A DNA stretch of 64,000 nucleotides from an uncultured delta proteobacterium (lineage in GTDB: Bacteria > Desulfobacterota > Zymogenia > Zymogenales > Zymogenaceae). The stretch is taken from assembly GCA_963848155.1 (NCBI GenBank), contig CAWKCL010000007.1, positions 431,002 to 495,001 on the forward strand, in the 5' to 3' direction. The notes under the pieces were generated by a model. That model was not told where the DNA came from, searched no databases, and was given only the letters and a program-made list of their open reading frames with translations. Positions 30,999 to 41,166 of this stretch are shown here, piece by piece. A program made the position numbers and the translations under genes. Positions within the stretch are counted from its first letter, which is position 1; every line of letters begins with the position of its first letter.

Positions 30999-32174
30999 TC
31001 ACTCAACCGGGTAGGTCGAGCATGTATGGACGAATCCGTACTGCCTGTCGACCCGGCGGCGCGCGTCGGTCTCCGGTTCGATAAAGACCTCACCAGAGAT
31101 CAGCTCGGCCCGGCAGATCCCGCACTGGCCCGACCGGCAGCGGCTGTCCGCGGCGATCCCGGCGCGCTCCAGCGCCACGAGTATCGGCTCCTCCGCCTGC
31201 GCCGTGATCGTCTTCTGGTCCCAGTCACGCAGGACGGTCAGTTGATACTCCCTTCCCTGCGCCTTCTTCGGGAAATCGGGGTGCGCGGCGATGAGCCGGT
31301 TCGGCCCGGAGACCTCCCATCGGAGCCTCCGGCGGGGAATCTTGAGCCTTTCGGCCTCTTTGGTGAAGAAGCTGTAGAGGGCCTGCGGGCCGCAGACAAA
31401 GAATGACGTATCGGCAATGTCGCCGATTTCCCGTGCGATCAGTTTCGCGTCGATGAACCCCGTGGCGCATTTCTCCGTGCCGTCCGGCTCGCTCACCACG
31501 TAGCAGACCCTCAGGCGGTCGGCGGCAGTTTTGGACAGCGACACGAGCTCCTGTTCGAAGAGGGCGTCCGCCATCGTCCTGACGCCGTAAAGAATCGTAA
31601 GCGTCGCGTCCACGCCGCCGTGGGCAACCTCGCGGGCCATCGAGAGAAACGGCGTGATCCCCGAGCCCCCCGCAACCGCCACGATATTACGCGCGTCTCT
31701 CAGCGGCTCGTGGTAAAACTCCCCGTGGGGACCGGAGGCCGATAGACGAGTCCCTTCCCTGAAGGTCGAGAATACGAGGGGAGACACAAACCCGTCCGAG
31801 AGCCGCTTGACGGTGATCTCATAAAACCCGCCTCCCGCCCCGTTCGCTTCGAAGGGGGCCGACGAGATCGAATAGGGGCGGCTGACACGCACCCCGTCGA
31901 AGGTCCCCTTCAGCGACAGGTACTGCCCCGCGCGAAACGGCGGCAGTTTTTCGGTCGCGCCGTCAGGCTTCAGCCGAAACGTCCGGGCGTCCGGACCGTG
32001 CTCGACGATTCCCGAGACAACGAGGTCCAGGACCGGGGGGTGCAGGATCAAAACGGTTCGCCGTACCGGATCGGTGACATCGATAAAGGGGCGGGCCGCG
32101 GCCTTCCTGGCGGCGCGCTGGGCCAGCGCCCCCGCCGTCCTGCCAACTCCCGCGATAAACCGAAAGAGATTCAT
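30999..32174 (-). CDS. PDR/VanB-type oxidoreductase: FNR-like FAD/NAD(P)-binding reductase with a C-terminal plant-type [2Fe-2S] ferredoxin domain
   Basis: RPYSIS flavin-binding motif, GGSGITP NAD-binding motif, and C-terminal CRSGQCGIC...C cluster. The start ATG overlaps the stop of the upstream gene (ATGA). The ORF-track extension to 32372 is probably not translated. Confidence 0.75.
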   Translation of the reverse strand: MNLFRFIAGVGRTAGALAQRAARKAAARPFIDVTDPVRRTVLILHPPVLDLVVSGIVEHGPDARTFRLKPDGATEKLPPFRAGQYLSLKGTFDGVRVSRPYSISSAPFEANGAGGGFYEITVKRLSDGFVSPLVFSTFREGTRLSASGPHGEFYHEPLRDARNIVAVAGGSGITPFLSMAREVAHGGVDATLTILYGVRTMADALFEQELVSLSKTAADRLRVCYVVSEPDGTEKCATGFIDAKLIAREIGDIADTSFFVCGPQALYSFFTKEAERLKIPRRRLRWEVSGPNRLIAAHPDFPKKAQGREYQLTVLRDWDQKTITAQAEEPILVALERAGIAADSRCRSGQCGICRAELISGEVFIEPETDARRRVDRQYGFVHTCSTYPVE

Positions 32175-33763
32175 CGTACAGCGCTCCTTCCGATGACCTC
32201 TCGTCCCGATTTCCGTTTCATCTTTCCCAGCACCGCCAGCGCCGCAAGCCTGCCGGTGCTGATCGCGGCCGAGTATCCCTGGACCAGCAGCCCGTGTCCA
32301 CCGACAAACTCGAGCCCCTTGACGTACCCCTCCAGCGGCAGGGACAGCGCCCGGGCGATCACCGAGTCCCATACGTCATGCTCGTAGCCGTAGACGACCC
32401 CCTTGTGAGAGCCGGTATACCGGCAGAAGGTCTGCGGGGCGGCCACCTCGATCTCCTCGATGTGGTCAAAGAGATTCGTGCCCACCGTCCGCTCGACGTG
32501 CCCAACGGCCGACCGGGCAAACCGCCGTTTCGTCTCGAAATAGTCGTCCGGCGATACCTGACCCCATACGTCCGCTCCGTAGGATTGGTTGAGGATCAGC
32601 TCGCATGTCCCCGGAGGGGACACACCGGGCACGACGTGGTTGGGGCACAGCGCCGAGGTGGCGATATGGGGCACCAGCGTATCCCCGATATCGTATGCCT
32701 TCCTGGTATCCATGTCCGGGCCCAGGTAGTATTCGTGATGATGGAGACCCAGGTCATGTGCCGGGCGGTCAAGCCCCATGTACACGACGAAGAGGCTGAT
32801 GCCGTGCTTCCGGGCGGCGGTGAGCTTCTTCGCTCCCCGCGGCACCGCGTCGGCGGGGCTGATGAGCCGTCCGTACACAGTTGTCGGGGACGCGTTCGAA
32901 ATCACCCAGTCTGCCCCGATCCGGCGCCCCCCGCTCGTCTCGACCCCTATAACCCGTCCCCGGTCCACCAGGATCTTTTCCACCCGCGTGTTGTAACGGG
33001 TCTTACCCCCCAGCTCCCTGATCTTCTTGTCTAACACCGTGGAGATTTGAAACGAGTTGATCGGCGGGTAGTAGCACCCCCTGGTGAGCACCGAATTGAT
33101 GGCCGTCGCCCAGATTGTAAAGGACATCCGCTCAAACGGGATGCCGATATAGGGCCAGAAGACGCCGAGGATGGATACGGCCTTCGGCGGCAGGTGAAAC
33201 CGATCAGTCACCTCTTTTGCCGTATACCCCGCCGTGGCCAGCAGCGTCTTGTGGTTCCTGACAAGCACCATCGGATCGGGCTTCCCGTCGGCCTCGGCGA
33301 TGTAGTCGATCGCGCGCCCGATCTCGAGGCACAGGTCCATATACTCGCGCAGCGGCTTGAAGCTTCCCGGAACCTCTCCCGCCACCACGTCGATGAACCC
33401 GTCCATGTCAAACGGGACGTCTACGTTGATTCCCTCGTCGGAGAGGATCAGGTGATACCCCTGGTCCACCCTGACCATCGGGATGTTCAGATCGAGTTCG
33501 TCCTCGAAGAGCTTGCGAACGAACCCCTTGTTTCCTGCCGGCCCGTAATCGGTCAGGATGTGGAGAGACGCCTCGAACTCGAAGCGCCCCCGGCGAAAGG
33601 AGGTGGCAAATCCCCCGGGCATACCGTGCTGCTCCAGGAGCATTACCCCGACTCCCTCCCGGGCAAGCTTCGCCGCGGCCGACAACCCCCCCATTCCCGA
33701 TCCGAGAACGACGACTTCCGTAACCTCGTCGAAGGATGGACGAGAGGCTCCATTGTGCTTCAC
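32171..33763 (-). CDS. CrtI/phytoene-desaturase-family FAD-dependent oxidoreductase (amine-oxidase fold)
   Basis: 530 aa. N-terminal Rossmann VVVLGSGMGGLSAAAKLAREG. Length and sequence typical of the CrtI-like desaturase/isomerase family. GTG start. Confidence 0.75.
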   Translation of the reverse strand: MKHNGASRPSFDEVTEVVVLGSGMGGLSAAAKLAREGVGVMLLEQHGMPGGFATSFRRGRFEFEASLHILTDYGPAGNKGFVRKLFEDELDLNIPMVRVDQGYHLILSDEGINVDVPFDMDGFIDVVAGEVPGSFKPLREYMDLCLEIGRAIDYIAEADGKPDPMVLVRNHKTLLATAGYTAKEVTDRFHLPPKAVSILGVFWPYIGIPFERMSFTIWATAINSVLTRGCYYPPINSFQISTVLDKKIRELGGKTRYNTRVEKILVDRGRVIGVETSGGRRIGADWVISNASPTTVYGRLISPADAVPRGAKKLTAARKHGISLFVVYMGLDRPAHDLGLHHHEYYLGPDMDTRKAYDIGDTLVPHIATSALCPNHVVPGVSPPGTCELILNQSYGADVWGQVSPDDYFETKRRFARSAVGHVERTVGTNLFDHIEEIEVAAPQTFCRYTGSHKGVVYGYEHDVWDSVIARALSLPLEGYVKGLEFVGGHGLLVQGYSAAISTGRLAALAVLGKMKRKSGREVIGRSAVR

Positions 33764-33837
33764 CTGAGACTCCCCTTGGTATACGATTGAAGTAACCCGC
33801 GATATGACTTCGAAGCAGGGCCGAGCCCGTAGCGTCC

Positions 33838-34652
33838 TTATCGGAATATCCTTCTGATCACCCGATTCGTCTTGTGTTTGATGACGTTGCCGTCTCTCTT
33901 GATATCATTGACGGCCGATTCGCCCTTGTCCTGGAGGTATTTCAGGCGGCGCTCAATGATCTTTTTCGTGCGTTTTCCCTTGAAATCAAGGTTACGCAGC
34001 AGCTTGATCCGGTTAGCGTCAACCCACCGCCCGGGCTTTTCGGGGATCTTTCCCTGACGAGCCGGACGCCCTCGTTGCCCCTGACCAGGATGGGGGAAAG
34101 GCCCTTCCTGACGACGTCCTTGGGCTTGAGCTCCACGGCTCCGTCCGAACACAAAACGTCGGTCTCCCCGGCCGCCTTATCATGAGAGACGACGAAGTCC
34201 GTCCCCCGCACCCCCACCGTCGTGTTTTCCGTCTCAATGATAAATCTCGATTCGGCGTTCAGGAGCGGCGCCACGACGGCGCGCACCTTTCCGTAGAGGA
34301 GGTTCAGGACGTTTGACGATTTCTTGGTTACCTCGACGTAGCCCGCCTCTCTCACGACGACCCGGCTTTCCGGCCCGACCCGCACGACGCTCTCGTCCGG
34401 CAGCAGCAGTTCCACCGAGCCGTCCTTTCCCGTATCTATCCGGTCTCCCGTGTTAACGACCCGATCTTCCGAGAGGACAACTGACGTATTCCGCCCGGCC
34501 GGCATGAGCGTGGCCTCGCCCTCAACATAGGCCACCGTAAGGGGCGGGTACGCTTCCTCGCCGCCGAGGCAGAACCCGGTAAGTCCGATCATCAGTATCA
34601 GAGACCAGACAAACAGCGCGGCGGCAACTGCGACAATTCGCTGTCGATTCAT
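33838..34652 (-). CDS. FecR-domain membrane protein (apparent frameshift in the C-terminal region, 33942..34152)
   Basis: TM helix, then a FecR-type beta domain (VGVRGTDFVV). The ORF 33838..34152 continues in another frame. No ECF sigma factor is adjacent. Confidence 0.5.
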
Positions 34653-34837
34653 GATCTTCCTCCGATCGAAACGATGGAAAGGAGTATACCATGCCAGCCG
34701 ACGAGCTTTTCCATAGGTTTCTGCAGTCAATCTGAGGATATATCACATGCCGCGGCGTATCCCGAGACCCGACCCGTTGCTATTTTCGTGTCGAACAGCT
34801 ATAATTTGTTATATAGATTCAGAGGTTATCGCCCGGC

Positions 34838-36652
34838 ATGAATATCACCGAGCTGTCCAAGAAACTCGAAAACCTTCCCAACTCCCCCGGGGTTTACCTT
34901 ATGAAGAACCGCGCGGGGAAGGTTATCTACGTCGGCAAGGCGATTGACCTCAGGAAGCGCGTGACCACCTATTTCGCGGATGTCTCCAAGGACCCGAAGA
35001 CTACCCTCCTCGTCAAGGAAATCGCCGATATCGACGTTATCGTGACCGATACCGAGGTAGAGGCCCTGCTCACCGAGAATACCCTCATCAAGGAATATCG
35101 CCCAAGGTTCAACGTAAACCTGAAGGACGACAAAAATTACCTGTCCCTCCGTATCGACGTCCGGGACGAGTCTCCCCGCTTTACGCTGGTCCGGTCGATA
35201 AAACGCGACGGCGGCCTCTACTTTGGGCCCTACACCAACGCGGGCGTCGTCCGGCAGAACTACAAGTGGCTGTCAGCCACGTTCAGGCTCAGACAGTGCA
35301 GTGATCATAAGTTCGCCAACAGGAGCAGGCCCTGCATATACTACGAGATCGGCCAATGCTCCGCCCCGTGCGTCGCATATATCTCCCGGGACGATTACCA
35401 TAAGAGCGTCGACCAGGCCGTTATGTTCCTCAAGGGAAAGGATGAGGCCCTCCTCAAGGACCTCACCAATCGAATGACGTCCCTTTCCGACGAGATGCGG
35501 TTCGAGGAGGCCGCCGTCCTGCGCGATCGAATCGCGGCCATCCACAAGATGGTGGCCGTCCAGAAAGTCGTCAGTAACGATGATATTGACCGTGACGTCA
35601 TCGGTCTATCCCGGGAGGGCACGAGCCTCGGCATATCGGTCCTCTTCGTTCGCGCCGGTCGGCTCATGGGGAGCCGGTATCAGCTCTTCACCAGCGTATT
35701 GGACGATGATCCGGTCGCTGTCCAGAGTTTCATAGAGCAATACTACCACGCCAAGGAATACATCCCGCCCGAGATCCTGCTTCCCGTTGAAATTCCGGAA
35801 ACCGCCCTCGTCTCCGGGTGGCTCTCCCGGGAGGCGCCCGTCAGGCTCATCGTTCCGAAACGGGGCGTCCTTAAGAACCTCGTGGAAATGGCCGCACGGA
35901 ACGCCGAGTCCTCCTTCCAGGCATATAAGAAGTCCCGCGAGAGCCGCGAGCAATCCCTCGCGTCTCTGGCCGACCGGCTGGGTCTGGCCGGGCCGCCAAA
36001 ACGTATGGAGTGCTTTGATATTTCCAACATATCGGGGACCAACGCCGTCGGCTCCATGGCCGTCTTCGTTGACGGAGTGCCCGACACAAATGAGTACCGC
36101 CGTTTCCGAATAAAGGGGATCACCGGCATCGATGATTATGCCATGATGGATGAAGTACTCAGGCGCAGGGTAAAATCAATCTCGCCGGATAATCGCCCCG
36201 ACCTTATCCTCATCGACGGCGGCAAGGGGCACCTGGCCATCGCGCACGCGGTTCTCAAGGACCTCGGTGTCACCGATATCCCGCTATTCGCCATCGCAAA
36301 GGAAAAGCAGAACAAGGCCGAATCTGACCGGGTCTATCAGGTCGGAAGGAAAAATCCATTCGTGATCAAGGGAAACTCGTCGGTCCTCTTCCTGCTCATG
36401 CGTCTGAGGGACGAGGCCCACCGTTTTGCCGTGGAGTATCACCGGCGGCTGCGCCAAAAGCGGGGAGTCGCCTCGGCCCTCGATGAGATACCGGGCATCG
36501 GCGCGAAACGCAAGCACGCATTACTGACCTATTTCCCCCGCGTCTCGGATATCAGGGACGCCGATAGTAAAGAGCTTGCCGAGGTCCCCGGTATAACCGA
36601 ATCGATAGCCGAAGCCATAAGTGAATATTTTAATTCACGGAAAAATAAGTGA
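34838..36652 (+). CDS. uvrC: Excinuclease ABC subunit C
   Basis: GIY-YIG N-terminus (PGVYLMKNRAGKVIYVGKA), UvrB-interacting region, C-terminal HhH. Confidence 0.9.
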   Translation: MNITELSKKLENLPNSPGVYLMKNRAGKVIYVGKAIDLRKRVTTYFADVSKDPKTTLLVKEIADIDVIVTDTEVEALLTENTLIKEYRPRFNVNLKDDKNYLSLRIDVRDESPRFTLVRSIKRDGGLYFGPYTNAGVVRQNYKWLSATFRLRQCSDHKFANRSRPCIYYEIGQCSAPCVAYISRDDYHKSVDQAVMFLKGKDEALLKDLTNRMTSLSDEMRFEEAAVLRDRIAAIHKMVAVQKVVSNDDIDRDVIGLSREGTSLGISVLFVRAGRLMGSRYQLFTSVLDDDPVAVQSFIEQYYHAKEYIPPEILLPVEIPETALVSGWLSREAPVRLIVPKRGVLKNLVEMAARNAESSFQAYKKSRESREQSLASLADRLGLAGPPKRMECFDISNISGTNAVGSMAVFVDGVPDTNEYRRFRIKGITGIDDYAMMDEVLRRRVKSISPDNRPDLILIDGGKGHLAIAHAVLKDLGVTDIPLFAIAKEKQNKAESDRVYQVGRKNPFVIKGNSSVLFLLMRLRDEAHRFAVEYHRRLRQKRGVASALDEIPGIGAKRKHALLTYFPRVSDIRDADSKELAEVPGITESIAEAISEYFNSRKNK

Positions 36653-36757
36653 GCCACAATTAACCCCTTTCCATCCATTTTAGTATTGCTTTACACAAAA
36701 AAGTGATTTATCATCATCCATCATATTATCGTCCATAGCATACGGAGGAATCTATAT

Positions 36758-38650
36758 ATGGATACCACGAAATTAACAATGAAAGATATCCTCGAGAACT
36801 CCGCCGCCCGTTTTCCCGATAAACCCGCACTTATGAAGAAGTCCGCAAACCAGTGGGTGTCTATCACCTACAAACAACTCCTGTCCATGGTAAGGGATTT
36901 CGGTACGAGCCTGGTCAACATGGGGATGGCCAAGGGCGATCGGATCGCCGTTTTGACGCATAACTGCCCCGAATGGGTCGTTTCCTACTACGCAATTGTC
37001 ATCAATAATGGAATCGTCGTTCCCATCGACAAGGAGCTCAAACCGCAGGAGATCCGCCACATCCTCGACGACAGCGCGGCCAAGTTCGTCATCGTCACGA
37101 AGGAGTATCTGGGCAAGGTCGAGGAGATCTGCGAATCGCTTCCCGATCTGAAGAAGATCATCCTGATTACCAACGGCGCGAGGGAAGCCTCTATGCCCAA
37201 CGACCTCAAGGAAGAGATGCGCGGCATTGAAAAGGCCTGGCTTACTATGGTCAGGAAAATCAAGCAGGAGCATGAATCGGAGATAAAAGAGATCGAAAAG
37301 CTCTGGCTTGCATTCGAGGAAAAGCTCAAGAGCCACCGGGTAAAGAAGGACAGCCTCATTGTTGAAAAGCAGAACCAGTTCCTCGAGTTCTTCCATGGCA
37401 TTACCAGCGCCACGACTAACGCCCCCGATATCGTCTATTTTGAAGACCTGTTCGGCAATAAAGAAACTGCCCAGCGCACGATGGACTACGAGGACGTCAT
37501 AGCCGTTCTCTACACCTCCGGGACGACCGGGAAATCCAAGGGCGTTATGCTCAAGAACAGTAATATCGTATCCAACTTCATCGGCGTCAAACACCTCATG
37601 CAGCTTGATGAGACCATCCGGGTGCTCTCTGTGCTGCCTATCAACCACGTCTATGAATCTACCTGCGGTGTGCTGGCGCCGCTGTTCCTCGGGGGAACCG
37701 TGGCGTTTGCCGAATCGCTCCTCAAGGTTGCCCAGAATCTCAACGAGATCAAGCCGAATTTCTTCCTGGGGGTTCCTGCGCTCTATCAGGCGCTCTACAC
37801 GCGCATGTCGGCCAAGATCAATGCAAGCGTGGCCGGCCGTATCATGAACACGAACCCCGTGACCAGGACGTTGATCACATCCAAGATCAAGAAAGAGCTT
37901 GGCGGAAACATCTCCTTTATCTCCGGTGGGGCATCCTTGGACCCGTCGCTTCAGAAAGGCCTCAGGAACCTCGGCCTCAACATTTACAACGGGTACGGGA
38001 TTACCGAAACCGCCCCGCTGGTTGCCGTTAACAGCAAGGTGGGGGGGGATCGGCTCGGCTCGGTCGGCAAGGTGATGCCCGACGTCGAGATCAAGATCGT
38101 GGATCCCAACGAAGACGGTATCGGCGAGATATGGATCAAGGGCCCCAACGTCATGAAGGGGTATTATAACAATCCCCAGGCCACCGCCGAGGTGCTTACC
38201 GACGGCTGGTACCACTCCGGCGATCTGGGCTACATAGATAAGGATAACTTCCTCTTTGTAATGGGACGGGTAAAGAACCTCATCGTTACCGGCAACGGTA
38301 AGAACATCTACCCCGAAGAGGTCGAGGCGGAGCTCGTCAAGAGCCCCTACGTTGAAGAGGCGATGATTTACGCCCACATGCCCGGGACTACCGATGAGGA
38401 GGTCCGGGCGGTGGTCTATCTCAATCAGGACGCCCTGGACGCCTACGCCAAGGAACAGGGCATCAAGGAACTGACGAAAAAGGACATATATACGCTCATC
38501 CGCGCCGAGATCAAGAAATACTCCGCCAACCTTGCCGACTATAAGCGGGTCAAGGAGTTTATGATCAGGGACGAGGAATTCCCCAAAACCTCAACCCGTA
38601 AGATCAAGCGGTATGCCGTGGATGAGGTGATCTCAGTCAATCATAATTAG
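36758..38650 (+). CDS. Long-chain-fatty-acid--CoA ligase (AMP-dependent synthetase)
   Basis: AMP-binding motifs YTSGTTGKSKGV and GYGITE, and a C-terminal K (KIKR). Contains an approximately 85-aa Lys/Glu-rich insertion. Confidence 0.85.
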   Translation: MDTTKLTMKDILENSAARFPDKPALMKKSANQWVSITYKQLLSMVRDFGTSLVNMGMAKGDRIAVLTHNCPEWVVSYYAIVINNGIVVPIDKELKPQEIRHILDDSAAKFVIVTKEYLGKVEEICESLPDLKKIILITNGAREASMPNDLKEEMRGIEKAWLTMVRKIKQEHESEIKEIEKLWLAFEEKLKSHRVKKDSLIVEKQNQFLEFFHGITSATTNAPDIVYFEDLFGNKETAQRTMDYEDVIAVLYTSGTTGKSKGVMLKNSNIVSNFIGVKHLMQLDETIRVLSVLPINHVYESTCGVLAPLFLGGTVAFAESLLKVAQNLNEIKPNFFLGVPALYQALYTRMSAKINASVAGRIMNTNPVTRTLITSKIKKELGGNISFISGGASLDPSLQKGLRNLGLNIYNGYGITETAPLVAVNSKVGGDRLGSVGKVMPDVEIKIVDPNEDGIGEIWIKGPNVMKGYYNNPQATAEVLTDGWYHSGDLGYIDKDNFLFVMGRVKNLIVTGNGKNIYPEEVEAELVKSPYVEEAMIYAHMPGTTDEEVRAVVYLNQDALDAYAKEQGIKELTKKDIYTLIRAEIKKYSANLADYKRVKEFMIRDEEFPKTSTRKIKRYAVDEVISVNHN

Positions 38651-41112
38651 ATGCGGCACCCCCTCCCCCTTATCACTCTTGCCCTCATGGCAGGAATCGG
38701 GCTGGGGGTGTTCGTTTTTGTGCCTGTCGGAATTGCCCTCCTTTTGGCGGCAATATTTTTGATCCTCGTTCTAACGCTCACAAAAAGCCGTTTTGCGCTC
38801 TATCTCTGTCTTGCCCTTTTCTTCTTTCTTGGAACCGCCCTCATTTCAACCTCGCTTCGACCAGAAAAGAAAGGTAACTCCATCACGGACTATTGTTCCG
38901 GGAAAGAGCATGCGATCTGTGGGACGGTTATGGAGCCGCCCCGAACGGAGACGGACGCAACCCGGATCGTCCTTTCCGACCTTATGGTCAGGACTCGCGG
39001 CGGATGGCGGCCCGCTGAGGGTAGCCTCCGGCTGACGGTTGGTGAGCGGATATCCAACGTATCGTATGGTGATACCCTGTTCTTTGTCGGCACGATAAGG
39101 AAACCGCGAAATTTCAACAATCCGGGCGGGTTTGATTACGAGTTTTCGCTTATGCGCGCGGGCATCTCGGCGACCGCCTTTGTCGACAGCCAAAACCGCC
39201 TTCTCGTCAGGGAGTCGAATCCCGTCCTCCCCGACTGGGCCTGATAGAACGTTGGAGGGACTCCGTTCGGAGTTTCTACGACTCCCGGTTCCCCACGCCG
39301 GAGGGGGCCGTCATCAAGGCGCTCATCCTCGGAGAGCGGGGGGACATTCCGGAGGAGATCCTCTCCGCCTATTACCGTACGGGGGTCGGCCATGTGCTGG
39401 CGATATCGGGCTCGAACGTAGGGATCGTCTATATCTTCACCTACCTCTTTTTGTACGCCGTGCTCGTGCGGTGGGGGAGATTCCCCCTCAGGCACTCGGT
39501 CAGGAAATGGGCCTCGGTCGTCTCTTTCGGACCCGTGATCGTTTATACGCTCCTGGCCGGCCTTGAGATCACCGTGGTTCGGGCGACCCTGATGATCTCG
39601 GTCTTTGTTTTGGCGATCCTCATTGAAAAGGAGCAGCAGGTCTTTAATACCCTGGTCCTGGCGGCTTTCGTTATCCTCTTGTTTTTACCCGCCTCACTTT
39701 TTGACCCGTCCTTTCAGCTCTCGTTCGCGGCGGTGCTCTCGATCATACTCCTGTATCCCACTCTCATCGAGCCCCTCAAGCAGCGCTTCTTCCCGATCGA
39801 CGGGGTTAGGCCGCCGCTTGCCCATCGGGTTGCTTTTCGCCTCCTCCAGTTTACCCTGGTCTCCTTCGCGGCGATCGTGGGCCTGCTTCCCCTCACGGCC
39901 TACTATTTCCACAGGGTAACCCCGTTTGCTCTCCCGCTGAATTTCGTAGTTGTGCCGCTTCTGGGTCCCGTGGCAACCTCACTCGGTCTCCTTTCCGTTC
40001 CATTTATGACGGCCGCGCCGCAGGTATCCTCTTTCTTGAGTCTCATCGCCGCGTGGGCGGTGTCTCTCTCCAACAGCGCGGTCGCCTGGACCGACGCACT
40101 CCTTCCGAAGGGCGTGGTCGTCTTCGGTCCTACGTTGTTCGAAATCGTCCTCTACTATGGATTAATCCTATCGGTGCTTCTGTTATTCAGGAAAAGGCGG
40201 TGGGCGATAGTCCCGGCGGTCCTGCTTATCCTTATTGCTATTGTGGACGTCACCGTAACGGCGTGGCACCGGTACGATTCGAATCGTCTCGAGGCGACAT
40301 TCCTTTCCGTCGGTAATGGGGATTCGTGCGTTATGAAACTTCCGGGCGGCGATATCATGGTGGTCGACGGAGGCGGACGGTTGGGAAGCGCCTTTGACAT
40401 GGGTGAATACGTTGTCGCGCCTTTTCTGCTGAAGGAGCGGATACTCCGGATCGACTACCTGGTGTTGTCCCATCCGGAACAGGACCACGCGGCAGGGCTC
40501 ACGTACCTGATGGACAATTTTACCGTCGGCGAGCTCTGGATTACCGAGGATGCCGCCCGTTCGAGAGAGACGTCGCCGCTCATCGCGTCGGCGCGCTCGC
40601 TCGGGATCCCGGTGATTACGATCGATTCATCGTCGCCGCCCCGCACCATCGGGCCCACAACCATCCGGTTTTTCAACCCCGCCCCGCCGTCACCCGGCCA
40701 GCCGGGTGACGTCAATAATCGCTCTCTGGTCTTTCGCCTTTCATACGGGCTGTTTTCGCTGCTCATGACCGGTGATATTGAAGAGGAAGGTCTTTCCCGG
40801 ATCGCGGCCGACGGAACCGATCTTGCGTCCCTCGTCCTCAAGGTACCCCACCACGGATCGTCACCCTCGTCTCCCCTCTTCTTTCTCGAATCGGTGAGCC
40901 CCCGTGCGGCGGTCGTATCGTGCGGGTTTGATAATCCCTATGGTTTCCCGGGAGAAAAGTCGCTGGAACGTCTTCGGGAGGTCGGCGCCGATGTATTTCG
41001 GACCGACCTCGACGGTGCGATATCGGTCGCCACCGACGGCCGATATCTGAGGATAGAGACGATGACGGGCGCCCGATTATACGAGGATATCACTGATGAG
41101 GGCGACCGATAA
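38651..41112 (+). CDS. comEC: DNA internalisation competence protein ComEC/Rec2 (DUF4131, competence domain and metallo-beta-lactamase domain), frame switch near 39200..39245
   Basis: ORF 38651..39244 is the DUF4131 N-terminus. The downstream frame, open from at least 39181 upstream of the annotated 39394 start, encodes ...ALILGERGDIPEEILSAYYRTGVGHVLAISGSNVG and the MBL motif HPEQDHAAG. Confidence 0.75.
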
Positions 41113-41166
41113 GGTATGGCCCCATGCTGACGGACCGATACCCGCGTCCGAACCGGTTCCTACCGC

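Noticed and set aside
30999-32372. Upstream 66-codon extension of the PDR-like reductase ORF
   Set aside because: The internal ATG at 32174 forms an ATGA overlap with the upstream gene's stop. The extension would overlap the CrtI-like gene out of frame and is Gly/Arg/Ala-rich.
36773-38377. 534-aa minus-strand ORF
   Set aside because: Entirely antisense to the acyl-CoA ligase gene. No motifs.
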